Shown piece after piece: positions 26,551 to 36,250 of a stretch of DNA of 57,050 nucleotides; the first letter of the stretch is position 1; every line of letters starts with the position of its first letter. The stretch is from a candidate division WWE3 bacterium (GTDB lineage Bacteria; Patescibacteriota; 4484-211; GCA-002791395): the NCBI GenBank assembly GCA_013335095.1, contig JAAXWF010000002.1, positions 146,516 through 203,565 of the forward strand. Direction: 5' to 3'. Below the pieces are notes generated by a model. It searched no databases. It was given only the letters and a program-made list of their open reading frames with translations, and was not told where the DNA came from. The position numbers were made by a program, and so were the translations under genes.

Positions 26551-28335
26551 TTAAAATAACGTCTGTTGGTTTTTTTTGAGTTGGCGCCTTTTGGCCTGAG
26601 ATTGTATTTTAATCATTGCCGGATCAATCGTTACTTCGCAAAAAGGAGAGATGGCTTTGATGAAGCTAGACGGTTGAGTTCCTTTTTCATTCCGATATCG
26701 TGGATATAGTAAACCGAGTGTGTCTTTTGCCCTGGTCATGGCAACGTAAAGCAACCGACGTTCTTCATCAAGGTCTACGTCATCATCTTCAATACGAATA
26801 TACGGAATTTGACCATGCTCACACCCCGCAATCATCACATTATTAAACTCTAGACCTTTTGATCCATGCATACTAAGCAGGGTAACGTAATCCGCCGTAG
26901 GATCATAATATTCATGTCCTTCAAGAAAGCTCACATACTCAAAGAAGTGAGTCCAGCCCAACGGATCAGAATCGAATCGATACAGCAATGATTGGAAATA
27001 CGCCAGAGCAAGAGTATCGATCTTGGTACTATCCTTAAGCTGAGTAATGAGATTTTGTGCATATACAGACAGGGGAATGTTATCTCTTGGCGGGAGCAGT
27101 AACTCAACTGCGGTGACGGATGGAAACTGGGGATGAAGCAACAGTCGATTAATGCGATCAAGGTTAGTTGGCTCAAATGCAACCGCCAGGGTATCAATGA
27201 GCAGGTTAACGAATCGATCTTCAAACGGTGATTCACCTCCGACAATTTGGTACGGTATTCCTGAATCAAATAACTTCTGCTGGATGTGACGTTTAATTGA
27301 ATGAGTACGAAAAATTACTGCTATATCCGAGAAACGAGAAGTATGTCGTAAAGAATGGTCCAATTGCCCCGCTTTAATAAGATCGGACCCACCGACAAGT
27401 TCCTCAATCCAATCAAGCACGTATTGGGACTCGGAATATTCATTTAAAGTCTCGATAATTGAAACCGAACCTTCGGATTGTTTGTACGCAACTAAGTCGC
27501 TGCTTTCTATTAATGCTTGACTGATCTTAGTGATTTGTTTGCCAGAACGATAATTATCATTAAAGACGATTTTTTCGACAGGTTGATAGTCTTCCTGAAA
27601 CTGTTCAAAAATATGAGGGTGAGCACCACGAAACGAATAAATCGATTGAAAAGGATCTCCGATAACAAAAACTGAGGCGGACATCCCAATTCGACGAATA
27701 ATATCATATTGAATGGGACTAGTATCCTGGAACTCGTCTACTAAAATATGTAAAAAAGAGGGATGATCGATGGTCACTTCGGGGTTTTGGTTTAGAACTT
27801 GCTTCATGAATAATAAGAGCAACTCATCAAAATCGATTACTCCAAGCTTTTTTAACTGTTCTTGATAAAGCTGAATAAGTTCAGTATCAGCATTAGAAAA
27901 GGAACTTTTATCTATCTGGGACCGTACATACGATATACGATTCGTGATAGCACGCGGTGAAAGATGGGGGATGGCATGTGCCACTTCATTAACTGCAGTA
28001 GTAATCTGGTCGGTAGTCGCAACTGTATATGGTATCTGGAGCTGACTTAAAAAATGAGATGCGAGTCCATGAAATGTTGTAATCAACGGGATTGAAGTTT
28101 TGATTGATACGGCAAGCGGTAACAGTCGTTCGTTCATCTCTTTGGCCGCTTTTCTGGTAAACGTTAATGCGACAATATCCTTTGCAGGAACGCCTTGAGA
28201 AAGCAAATAGGCAATGCGAGCAGTTAGTGTTTTTGTCTTACCCGTGCCAGGACCAGCCATGATCATTATCGCCCGAACATTCGAGATTACCGCTTGGTAT
28301 TGTTTGCGATTAAGAGAAGACAGCAGTTCGTCCAT
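26551..28335 (-). CDS. Short UvrD/Rep/PcrA-family (SF1) DNA helicase.
   Basis: It has Walker A (AGPGTGKTKTL), motif II (DEFQDTSPIQ), and the late motifs LSMHGSKGLEF and LLYVAMTRAK. At 594 aa it is shorter than typical UvrD proteins. Confidence 0.85.
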   Translation of the reverse strand: MDELLSSLNRKQYQAVISNVRAIMIMAGPGTGKTKTLTARIAYLLSQGVPAKDIVALTFTRKAAKEMNERLLPLAVSIKTSIPLITTFHGLASHFLSQLQIPYTVATTDQITTAVNEVAHAIPHLSPRAITNRISYVRSQIDKSSFSNADTELIQLYQEQLKKLGVIDFDELLLLFMKQVLNQNPEVTIDHPSFLHILVDEFQDTSPIQYDIIRRIGMSASVFVIGDPFQSIYSFRGAHPHIFEQFQEDYQPVEKIVFNDNYRSGKQITKISQALIESSDLVAYKQSEGSVSIIETLNEYSESQYVLDWIEELVGGSDLIKAGQLDHSLRHTSRFSDIAVIFRTHSIKRHIQQKLFDSGIPYQIVGGESPFEDRFVNLLIDTLAVAFEPTNLDRINRLLLHPQFPSVTAVELLLPPRDNIPLSVYAQNLITQLKDSTKIDTLALAYFQSLLYRFDSDPLGWTHFFEYVSFLEGHEYYDPTADYVTLLSMHGSKGLEFNNVMIAGCEHGQIPYIRIEDDDVDLDEERRLLYVAMTRAKDTLGLLYPRYRNEKGTQPSSFIKAISPFCEVTIDPAMIKIQSQAKRRQLKKNQQTLF

Positions 28336-28341
28336 ACGGCA

Positions 28342-29634
28342 TCAAAATAAAGATAATTGAGGCGGATTTTTTATATCTTTAGTGCTTTCTCCAAAGACTT
28401 TAATTACTCCATAAACTCCGTCGTATCCAGGTTCTAAGATAACATCTTGACGTCGAAGACGATCCATCGCCTCGGCTAACGTAGTAAATCCGTGCTCGTT
28501 AAAAACGTTCAACGGAACAGTACGCAGGACATCAAATTCATTACCAAATAATTTATTAACCTGATCATAATGCTCTAATACTTTGCGACTGGTTGTGCTT
28601 CTTGTTTTATTTATCTCTGCAAGAATTTCGGGCAGTGGAATAATATATTGGACTTTTTTAGGTTGATCAGGCATATAATCAGCCGGACGATCGGCAAGTT
28701 CATCAATCCGATTTTCGACTCCCACGACTAAGGGTTTATGACATTTTGGGCAGAGACCTTGATGTTTTTTCGTTTCCTCTGGAGAAAACCGGACTAAACA
28801 TGCCCGATGCCCATCGTAATGGTATTTGCCTTCCTCGGGAAAAAATTCAATCGTACCAACAATTCGATGATCATTTGTTTTTATTGCATCGATTATGTCT
28901 TCGTATGAAAGATCTGAGTCAATAATGGTTGCTTCTCGACCTAATTTTTGGGGAGAATGAGCATCAGAATTAGATAATATCGTGAGCCCATCAAGTTGGG
29001 AAAGGCGATAGTTCATTCGAGGATCAGATGAAAGTCCCGTTTCGTATGCTTTGATATCGGGAGTAAGTTCTTCAAAGGCTTCTTCGAGAGAATCAAATCC
29101 GGATTTTGATCCAAATAAGCCAAACCATGGAGTCCAAATATGAGCTGGGAAAAAGAGGTTATCGGGATTCGACTTTATGGTAATTTCTAGTAATCGTTTG
29201 CTGTCGAGTCCGAGAATAGGACGACCATCGGCCTTCAGGTTACCAATTTGTCCAAGTTGTGCGATTATATCTGATGCAGCTTCAAATGACGGTACAACAA
29301 TACATTGATGGATTTTACGAACCTTTCCATTTTTACTGTAAATCGTACTAATCTCAACCGTAAGAATAAATCGAATATCTCGATTTCGACATGATTCATG
29401 AACCTCTAAATCAATCCGAGAAGCAATGTCATCGCGTAGTTTAAATAGTCCAGATTCGGCTGGCTGCAATTTTTCTTTTAATTCGGCAAACCATTGGGGA
29501 TGAGTGAAGTCGCCCGTACCAATAATATCAATACCCTTGATTTTGCTCCATTTATACATTCCTTCTACCGTGGCTTCTTTTCCAGTCGCGCGAGAATAAT
29601 GAGAATGTTGATGTAGATCAATGATTCTTTGCAT
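28342..29634 (-). CDS. Endonuclease Q family protein (PHP domain plus zinc finger).
   Basis: The motifs DLHQHSHYS, GTGDFTHPQW, PAHIWTPW, SNSDAHSPQKLGRE, CPKCHKPL and the C-terminal PGYDGVYGVIKVF align with the EndoQ pattern as I remember it from the Pyrococcus and Bacillus enzymes. Confidence 0.8.
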   Translation of the reverse strand: MQRIIDLHQHSHYSRATGKEATVEGMYKWSKIKGIDIIGTGDFTHPQWFAELKEKLQPAESGLFKLRDDIASRIDLEVHESCRNRDIRFILTVEISTIYSKNGKVRKIHQCIVVPSFEAASDIIAQLGQIGNLKADGRPILGLDSKRLLEITIKSNPDNLFFPAHIWTPWFGLFGSKSGFDSLEEAFEELTPDIKAYETGLSSDPRMNYRLSQLDGLTILSNSDAHSPQKLGREATIIDSDLSYEDIIDAIKTNDHRIVGTIEFFPEEGKYHYDGHRACLVRFSPEETKKHQGLCPKCHKPLVVGVENRIDELADRPADYMPDQPKKVQYIIPLPEILAEINKTRSTTSRKVLEHYDQVNKLFGNEFDVLRTVPLNVFNEHGFTTLAEAMDRLRRQDVILEPGYDGVYGVIKVFGESTKDIKNPPQLSLF

Positions 29635-29695
29635 TCGTTCATAATACGAAGTATCTGGGTTGAGTCAAGAGAGATTCTAATCAGCTCGTGATAGT

Positions 29696-31573
29696 ATGAA
29701 TGTACACATGTTTAGAGAATCTGGAGCACCTAAAGAAACTCCCGTTGCTGAGATCGCCACTACTGAAGAAGATTTGTTTGCCGATGTTCCACCAAATGCA
29801 GAATTGATTGAACGAACACGCCAAGAAGCCATGCCTGCACATCAAAAAGAATATGTGACGATTCCCGAAAAACTCGGATATACACCGTTTGATGCAGTCG
29901 CAGAACTTGAATTGATTCGACAGCTACGTACCGATGATACCCAAGACCGGCTAAGTTCAAGAGAAGAAGCCAAGCAACGGATCGAAGCCATGCGCCCGGA
30001 AATAGAAAAGCAGCGTGGCGTGATTGCGGTAGCGCTCGAAGCAATACATGCCGCAATCGATGCAAATCCAGATGTAACCCAAGAAGAACTAATGAAACTG
30101 GCCGAAATGTACGGAATTCTAGGGAAATTAACCCACGAGCAGATGATTTCCCTAAGGTTAGGAATTGATGACTACGTGCACCATCACCAATTAGTAAAAA
30201 AAACGCGGCAACGTTATCCTAAAAGAGAGGATTTATTTACAGCTTGTTTTGGATTTTCTCCAAAGCACCCCCAACGGCTAGATCTTGTAGAGGGGCCAAT
30301 GACCGTATCATTCCGATGTGATGATGAAGATTATATGGCGATTCAAGAAGCCAATGATCCCCAGCTCGCTCAAGAAAGAACACAGCAGAGGCTATCGGGC
30401 GAAAAACTTGCGGTGAAAAGCATTGGCGAATCTCTACCGACTTCTCAACTACCTGACCTGGAAGGGCTAGTCATAATCGAACGAACGGATTATCCGACCG
30501 AGCAAAATCCTGTCATAGTGCCTGAATACCAAGAGACGTTACGCAGTCAGGAGGAGTCTTACTTTGATATTGGTGAAATGGCGTCAGTCGAAGTTGATTT
30601 TCAAGGTCAACATTGGAATATTGAATTTACCGATGTATCGGCTTCAGGGCTCCCTGAGACAATTATTATTAGTGCAGATGGAGCTACTAAACCAATTACG
30701 CTTAAACGTGTTGAGAACGGCGAAGCAAGACCAGCTCAATGGATACCCGTTGGTACAAACGAACCGTTAAGAGCGACAACGAGTGCAAGTGGGGAAACGG
30801 TCAGTGGATTCCCGCTTCATATTAGTGAAGATGGTCAAGAATGGATAGGACTTGAGGTGATGGGTTGTGTGGCGAGTCTAATAAATAGTACCGGAGAAAG
30901 TGTTGCAGCCGTCGAAAAAAGACGGAACCCGATAATAGGCTATCAAAAAGGGTGGAGTTCAGTTGAAAGACATGAACAAATGCATGTATGGAATAAAGTA
31001 TATGATCGAACAATCGGGCTATCCTATGAAAACAGATTGACATTATTAGTTGATGAGAAAATTGAGGAGATATCGGCCGAATGTGTACGCCAAAGTAAAT
31101 CTGCCAAAGAAGTCGAACGGCAGTTTATATTAAAAACAGTAAGAGAAGCCCGCCAAGCATTACTTGATCATCGAGTTAGAGATGAAATCTTAGCCTTTTA
31201 TGAAGATGGTACAGAAACAAATGATATCGTAGATACGCTAACCAAAAATCCTTTATATGACTATACATCGAATGAATATACTGTCTTTTGGCGACAAAAT
31301 ATAGAACAAGCCATTAACGATCAGGTTCAAAGAATTAATACGGATTTCCAAGAGTTTGAAAGCGGACAAGACCATGCCACACCCGAAGAGATTGCAGATC
31401 TAATTGACATAACCTTTTCAAATTACAAAGCAGATATTCCTGTTTGGACAAGTGCAATCGAAGAGCTTCAGAAGAAGGGGTATGATCGAACCGAAATTAT
31501 CAATCGATTACGGGTTCATCCATTAATGAGGTGGGGAAGTGTTGCGAAGCATGCCCCGAAAAAGAAAGGTTAA
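29696..31573 (+). CDS. Large acidic hypothetical protein (625 aa) with one HExxH motif.
   Basis: The ORF is long and uninterrupted, and it is transcribed divergently from EndoQ. HEQMH occurs within SVERHEQMHVWN. I recognise no family. Confidence 0.55.
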   Translation: MNVHMFRESGAPKETPVAEIATTEEDLFADVPPNAELIERTRQEAMPAHQKEYVTIPEKLGYTPFDAVAELELIRQLRTDDTQDRLSSREEAKQRIEAMRPEIEKQRGVIAVALEAIHAAIDANPDVTQEELMKLAEMYGILGKLTHEQMISLRLGIDDYVHHHQLVKKTRQRYPKREDLFTACFGFSPKHPQRLDLVEGPMTVSFRCDDEDYMAIQEANDPQLAQERTQQRLSGEKLAVKSIGESLPTSQLPDLEGLVIIERTDYPTEQNPVIVPEYQETLRSQEESYFDIGEMASVEVDFQGQHWNIEFTDVSASGLPETIIISADGATKPITLKRVENGEARPAQWIPVGTNEPLRATTSASGETVSGFPLHISEDGQEWIGLEVMGCVASLINSTGESVAAVEKRRNPIIGYQKGWSSVERHEQMHVWNKVYDRTIGLSYENRLTLLVDEKIEEISAECVRQSKSAKEVERQFILKTVREARQALLDHRVRDEILAFYEDGTETNDIVDTLTKNPLYDYTSNEYTVFWRQNIEQAINDQVQRINTDFQEFESGQDHATPEEIADLIDITFSNYKADIPVWTSAIEELQKKGYDRTEIINRLRVHPLMRWGSVAKHAPKKKG

Positions 31574-31591
31574 TCATTCACTCTTAAAAAT

Positions 31592-31624
31592 AAAAAAAGG
31601 GGTGCCGGACGTATCCGACACCCC
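31592..31624 (-). terminator. Intrinsic terminator of the UPF0182 gene, read on the minus strand.
   Basis: The minus strand reads GGGGTGTCGGA-TACG-TCCGGCACCCC followed by TTTTTTT. A second perfect hairpin, TAGCATCTT-AA-AGATGCTA, lies at 31627-31646. Confidence 0.65.
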
Positions 31625-31657
31625 TAGGCTTAGCATCTTAAAGATGCTATGGCCAGT

Positions 31658-34600
31658 TTACTCACCACACTTCAAACCGACTTCCAGGCCGATTCGTGCG
31701 ATTTCTGCCGCCGCCGTTTTATCACCCGCTTGCTGACGAGAGATCGCGACGTTCAGCTGATCGATCAAAGCAGCGCAATCACCCGTGGGGGCAGTTGCCG
31801 GCTGTGTTGTACCACTATCAACCGGATTGACTGCGGGTGCTGTTGTAGTAGCACTCGCCCCCGTATCGGCTGACGCGACACCTTCTCCCCGCAAGAATCG
31901 GGTTAAGGCAATATTCAGGTTCGATCCATCGGTAGTCAAACCATCCGGACGGACCGTATACGCCTTAACCAAGAACGGCACTTTCGTGTTGCCGGTCCTG
32001 AACTCAAACTGCGGTTTGATATACACAAACGACGCAGCAGAGCCGTCTGCGCTCATGACCGGAACCATAATCTGGTTCCCCCAGCGCAGCATACCATTCT
32101 GGGATGGTTTGAAGGTAGGCTGCCCAGTTCGAGTCAAATAGGTATCGATGTAGCCTTGCACCTGCTCGGTGCTGACTACACTTACCCCTTGCGGCATTGT
32201 CCACGCCGCAAACTGACCGTACCGAGTCCCCATTCGCACGACCAGATAGGCCCGTAGAATCGACTTCGATACCACCTGGCCATTCTCTTTACCTGACTGG
32301 TTCAGAGGAATTGCCAGAACCGGCTCATTCGCCTCACCACCTGGCAAACGCACCGTCATGTACCGCGCAGGTACCGGAGCAGTTGCGTCATTGTACGCCT
32401 CTGACGGCACAAGCCACACGTTATCGGTGTTATACAGTGAGTCAGGACTATCAACATGGTAGTTCTGGAACACCCTGACCTGTACATTAAACACATCCTC
32501 AGGATATCGGACTTGCGCCCTCAGTTCCTGAGGCATTTCGGCGGCTGGCCTAAACAGGCTCGGATAAACCCGTCGCCATGTTGCCAACACTGGCTCGTTC
32601 TCATCCTGTGCATACAACGAGAGATCCCCGTTGTACGCTCCAAGAGTCGCTTTAACCGAAGCGCGCAGATAGCTAAAGCTGCGGCCATCGTTTTCGTTAA
32701 AGCCTCCTTGGGCTAGCGCATAGGGGAAGTTACTCCCGATGCTCGCACCATCCGTCATCCAGACAAGCTGCTGACCGCCGTTCACCGCAAAGGGATCATT
32801 ATCCCAGGCGATAAACGGAGCCAGCAGGCGAAGCTGGTCGAGCGGACGCCGATGTATGAACAGCCGACTCTCGGGTGTAATCTGGCTACTAATCAGCACC
32901 CGATAATCGTCAAGCGCTACGGCAATGATAAATCGCCGCAAACCGCTGCCGATTTGCAAGCCACCAGTACCATCATAGTGAGGCTTTCCGGCAACGCCTG
33001 AAGGGTTGCCCTCCTCATCCATCAGTGTATTGGCGATCACCCAGTTATTCGGGATCTCACCAAAACACACGCCTGGTTTAGCCGGAATCAGAGACTGATC
33101 ACCAGTCATCGGGACATTATCCACGATAAACTGAGGCGATCCATCCCTATTGGTTTCAGTTGCCGAAGCAACGACCCATCCGAGCCCGCAGGGAAACTGC
33201 AGATGGACATTACTCCACGATCGATTCTGCAGTGATCCAGGGTTAATCTCACGTACCGCCGACATCACCGTTCCACCCGGCGTAAAGATCAGATCGGTAT
33301 CGCTAAAGTCATAGAAGGTCTGGCCTTCTTTCTGATCATTAGCGTATGCCGCAACCGCGCTCCAGTCTTGGACACGCGCTTGGGCCAAAGAGGCCTCGTT
33401 GCTTCGATAATCCTCATCAGACAGAACCGGCGTGTATGGGTAATCCTGTGTTTGAACAGAATCAATCCCATATGCCCGCTTGGTCGCTGCTAGATGTTCA
33501 GCGATGTACGGCTTCTCTTTAACCAGCTGCTCGGGACCGACCATAAAGGTCTGTGTCACCGATGGCCAGCCGAAGACGTGACAGAACACCAGCGCACCAA
33601 AGGCGATACCCGCCATACGACCGAGTGATGGCTTCTTTTTCCCCATGATCAGGTCAACGACGCCAATGATGAACGCCGAAATGACCAACCAGAAGATCAG
33701 CACCATCACATACGCGTCAGACGAAATCAGCACGGATGCAATGATCGGTGTCAGAGCAGCAAATGAGAGCAAGCCGAATCGCCCCTTGAAGAGGGCAAAC
33801 ACAGCCACTCCCGTTGCCACGAAAGACAGGATCGGCATTACCCGCATCAGCGGTATGCGCACCAGGACATCGGTAAAACCAGCCCCGGTATAGTGATCGT
33901 GCGCCTTGAAGACGAGCTCGAAGGGAGCAAAGTACATTCCGGCGATACCAACCACGATATACAGCAGTGCCAACAGGCCGAAACCGTTGAACACACGTTC
34001 CTTGATCGACTCCATCGACCCATTGAGGTGATGGAATGTCGCTCGTACTGCGAGCAGTACCGCGGCCGTCGCGATCAGGAAAATCAGCCACACGCGAATT
34101 GCCGAGAACAGTGGCAATTCCCACATGTAGAAGCTCGTATCCATACCGAAAACCTTGTCGTTGATCGCATCCCCAAAGGGGACACGGTTGACAAACGGTA
34201 GGATCCGATCAGTCATGCCCGAAAGGGTTAGGCCTCCAAACAGCGTCCCAAGAACCATCACCACCCAGTTTGCTAACCGCATGGTGTCGGAATTCTCGAG
34301 AGAGTCGAGAATGTCTACCGTATCAGGCACTTTTGGTCGAATTGGGAGGGGACAGGCTTCATTGACCCCGAGTAACGCGGTCAAGGTGAGCACGGTACCC
34401 ACGATCCATAGGCCGATCCGCCACCAAAGCGGCGTCAGGAACACATCGGCCTGCCCCATATTGGCAAACCACCAGTATTCCACTACGGTCTTTGAAATCG
34501 CTTCAACGCACCAGGTGATTGCTGAGAGTCCGGTGAACACCGCGACAGCAACAATAACCCCGGCGGTTATAGCGTTCTTACGCATTCGCAGATATGCGAT

Positions 34601-34792
34601 ACCACCCAGCACCACTGCCGCCACGATATTGATGATCATGACGTACGTCGATAGGCCACTGGATACGTTTCCGTCACCAGCTACCGACGGTGCTGAAAAT
34701 GCCATGACGATAATGCTAAGCACCACGTACACAGCTACTCCAAGCGCTGTCGGCCATACGGGCCTCCGTTGGATCTGCTTTCCTGGGCTCAT
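31658..34792 (-). CDS. UPF0182-family large membrane protein.
   Basis: It has about 7 N-terminal TM helices and a large C-terminal extracytoplasmic domain. The overall size (about 1044 aa) fits the family. Segments such as EYWWFANMGQADVFLTPLWWRIGLW and YMTVRLPGG...LRAYLVVRMGTRYGQ...VSTEQVQGYIDT resemble UPF0182 proteins (e.g. the mycobacterial Rv3193c type). I prefer the ATG at 34792, which has AAGGAGGA 8 nt upstream. Confidence 0.7.
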   Translation of the reverse strand: MSPGKQIQRRPVWPTALGVAVYVVLSIIVMAFSAPSVAGDGNVSSGLSTYVMIINIVAAVVLGGIAYLRMRKNAITAGVIVAVAVFTGLSAITWCVEAISKTVVEYWWFANMGQADVFLTPLWWRIGLWIVGTVLTLTALLGVNEACPLPIRPKVPDTVDILDSLENSDTMRLANWVVMVLGTLFGGLTLSGMTDRILPFVNRVPFGDAINDKVFGMDTSFYMWELPLFSAIRVWLIFLIATAAVLLAVRATFHHLNGSMESIKERVFNGFGLLALLYIVVGIAGMYFAPFELVFKAHDHYTGAGFTDVLVRIPLMRVMPILSFVATGVAVFALFKGRFGLLSFAALTPIIASVLISSDAYVMVLIFWLVISAFIIGVVDLIMGKKKPSLGRMAGIAFGALVFCHVFGWPSVTQTFMVGPEQLVKEKPYIAEHLAATKRAYGIDSVQTQDYPYTPVLSDEDYRSNEASLAQARVQDWSAVAAYANDQKEGQTFYDFSDTDLIFTPGGTVMSAVREINPGSLQNRSWSNVHLQFPCGLGWVVASATETNRDGSPQFIVDNVPMTGDQSLIPAKPGVCFGEIPNNWVIANTLMDEEGNPSGVAGKPHYDGTGGLQIGSGLRRFIIAVALDDYRVLISSQITPESRLFIHRRPLDQLRLLAPFIAWDNDPFAVNGGQQLVWMTDGASIGSNFPYALAQGGFNENDGRSFSYLRASVKATLGAYNGDLSLYAQDENEPVLATWRRVYPSLFRPAAEMPQELRAQVRYPEDVFNVQVRVFQNYHVDSPDSLYNTDNVWLVPSEAYNDATAPVPARYMTVRLPGGEANEPVLAIPLNQSGKENGQVVSKSILRAYLVVRMGTRYGQFAAWTMPQGVSVVSTEQVQGYIDTYLTRTGQPTFKPSQNGMLRWGNQIMVPVMSADGSAASFVYIKPQFEFRTGNTKVPFLVKAYTVRPDGLTTDGSNLNIALTRFLRGEGVASADTGASATTTAPAVNPVDSGTTQPATAPTGDCAALIDQLNVAISRQQAGDKTAAAEIARIGLEVGLKCGE

Positions 34793-34912
34793 ACGAACCA
34801 TCCTCCTTGGCTTAAACGAAACCCATACGCCTCCCACATAGGAAGCGGACTTTAGGTCGTCGACATTATACTATCGGACACACGGTAAAACAATATTGGA
34901 TATGTAACAAAC

Positions 34913-34941
34913 AAAAAAAGGCCGGAACGATTGTTCCGGCC
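34913..34941 (-). terminator. Intrinsic terminator after gene 34992..35456.
   Basis: A perfect 9-bp stem (GGCCGGAAC-GATT-GTTCCGGCC) is followed on the minus strand by 7 T. Confidence 0.7.
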
Positions 34942-34991
34942 AAGTAATTAAAGATATAAAACAAACGGCGCTACGTGTTTACATTAGCGAG

Positions 34992-35456
34992 CTAGATCTT
35001 GAGCGATCGGACACGGGCAAGCGCGATACTGACCCGCGCTTCATGAAGCAAGAACTCACGCCGGAACCACAGCATGCCGATGAGCAGGATCGGCACACTG
35101 ATGATCGTATTCGTGAGCAGAAATACAGCAGGATTGGCGATGAACCCCGCTGGTCCCATCCGACGAATAAAGATGAACTGGATGATCACGGCTATCAGCT
35201 GAAGCATGCTCACCCCGATAGCCCGCCAGGTCATCTTTTGCGCAGAAGTTGCCCAGACACCATACACCAGAAACAGCGTTGCGGCGAAACCGATAAGGTA
35301 GCCGATCGCCATCTGGGTCAAGTCACACCGCACCTGCGGGAACGCCAGGTAGTAGATCAGCGAGAGTACGAACCATCCCAGACAGGCGAGTAGCCAGCCG
35401 ATGGAAAGTTCGTAGAACCGTTGGGTCGACAGCATAACCTGCGTCCTGTTTCTCAC
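34992..35456 (-). CDS. Small 4-TM membrane protein, hypothetical.
   Basis: The GTG start has GAGGAGG 7 nt upstream. Four hydrophobic segments are visible. The gene lies in the G+C-rich island. Confidence 0.55.
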   Translation of the reverse strand: MRNRTQVMLSTQRFYELSIGWLLACLGWFVLSLIYYLAFPQVRCDLTQMAIGYLIGFAATLFLVYGVWATSAQKMTWRAIGVSMLQLIAVIIQFIFIRRMGPAGFIANPAVFLLTNTIISVPILLIGMLWFRREFLLHEARVSIALARVRSLKI

Positions 35457-35541
35457 CTCAACACCTCCTCATGAAAACGGCGCCGAATGATCAGCTTGAT
35501 GATAGTAACAAAAAGTAAAGAAAATATCAAACTATAGGACT

Positions 35542-35575
35542 AAACAACAAAGGCCGAAGTATTGCTACTCCGGCC
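35542..35575 (-). terminator. Probable terminator hairpin after gene 35599..36093.
   Basis: The hairpin is GGCCG-A-AGTA-TTGC-TACT-C-CGGCC. On the minus strand it is followed by TTTGTTGTTT, a weak T-run. Confidence 0.4.
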
Positions 35576-35598
35576 ATATTCACCGACCCGATTAGAAA

Positions 35599-36093
35599 CT
35601 AGAAGCCATGGGCGTAAAAGCCCATCTCACCGCCGGCCTGAAAGCTATCGTCACCTTGGGCGACGTGGCGCAGATGCGATACGACGAGAGACTCCTCAAA
35701 GCTCTCAAGGTCGTCATCATCACCTTCAGGCTGGGCATCGAGCCGGGCCTCGATAAGACACCGCGCGTACTTGCCCGCGACGGCTCGGACCAAGCCCGTC
35801 TCGCTTCGAATGGCCCCTCGGTACACCAGTCTAAAGACAACGCTATACGCATTGCCGTCAGGCAGAGGAACCACACTCGAAGTGATGTGTGCATCGCTCC
35901 CAAAGGCATCAGTTAACGCCTGATGCCAATACTTAAACGGATCCACGATCGGATCAGGAGCAATGTAAGCTAAAAAGCGAACGATCGTTACACCGACGTC
36001 GATTGATTCTTGACCGATCACGTACAACTGCCCAAACGGGGCACCATTCTTACCGCGACGAATCGTCGCATTCGGAAAAATTCCGTCCATCAC
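35599..36093 (-). CDS. Hypothetical protein (164 aa) in the G+C-rich island.
   Basis: CAGGAGG lies 5 nt upstream of the ATG. An upstream promoter is visible (TTGAAT, 17-nt spacer, TATAGT with an extended TG). I recognise no family. Confidence 0.55.
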   Translation of the reverse strand: MMDGIFPNATIRRGKNGAPFGQLYVIGQESIDVGVTIVRFLAYIAPDPIVDPFKYWHQALTDAFGSDAHITSSVVPLPDGNAYSVVFRLVYRGAIRSETGLVRAVAGKYARCLIEARLDAQPEGDDDDLESFEESLVVSHLRHVAQGDDSFQAGGEMGFYAHGF

Positions 36094-36250
36094 TACCTCC
36101 TGTGGCTATTGCCAGCAACGTGTGGGAATGAGTACCACTTCCCACGAGTGGCCCTTACGGTGCCATCACTATACCAAATGCAATCACATAATTCAAACTA
36201 TAGGGCTAACTTATCAGCAAATTCTCAGGTAATTCTTTATAATGAAATGT

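Noticed and set aside
31785-34841. Several long plus-strand ORFs lie opposite the UPF0182 gene. Examples are 34155..34841 (228 aa), 33893..34201 and 32197..32478. Similar antisense ORFs occur at 35043..35393 and 35608..35916.
   Set aside because: They lie entirely antisense to, or out of frame with, a long gene with clear membrane-protein features. High G+C suppresses stop codons and produces such shadow ORFs. They have no SD or promoter and low-complexity Arg/Pro/Ser-rich composition.
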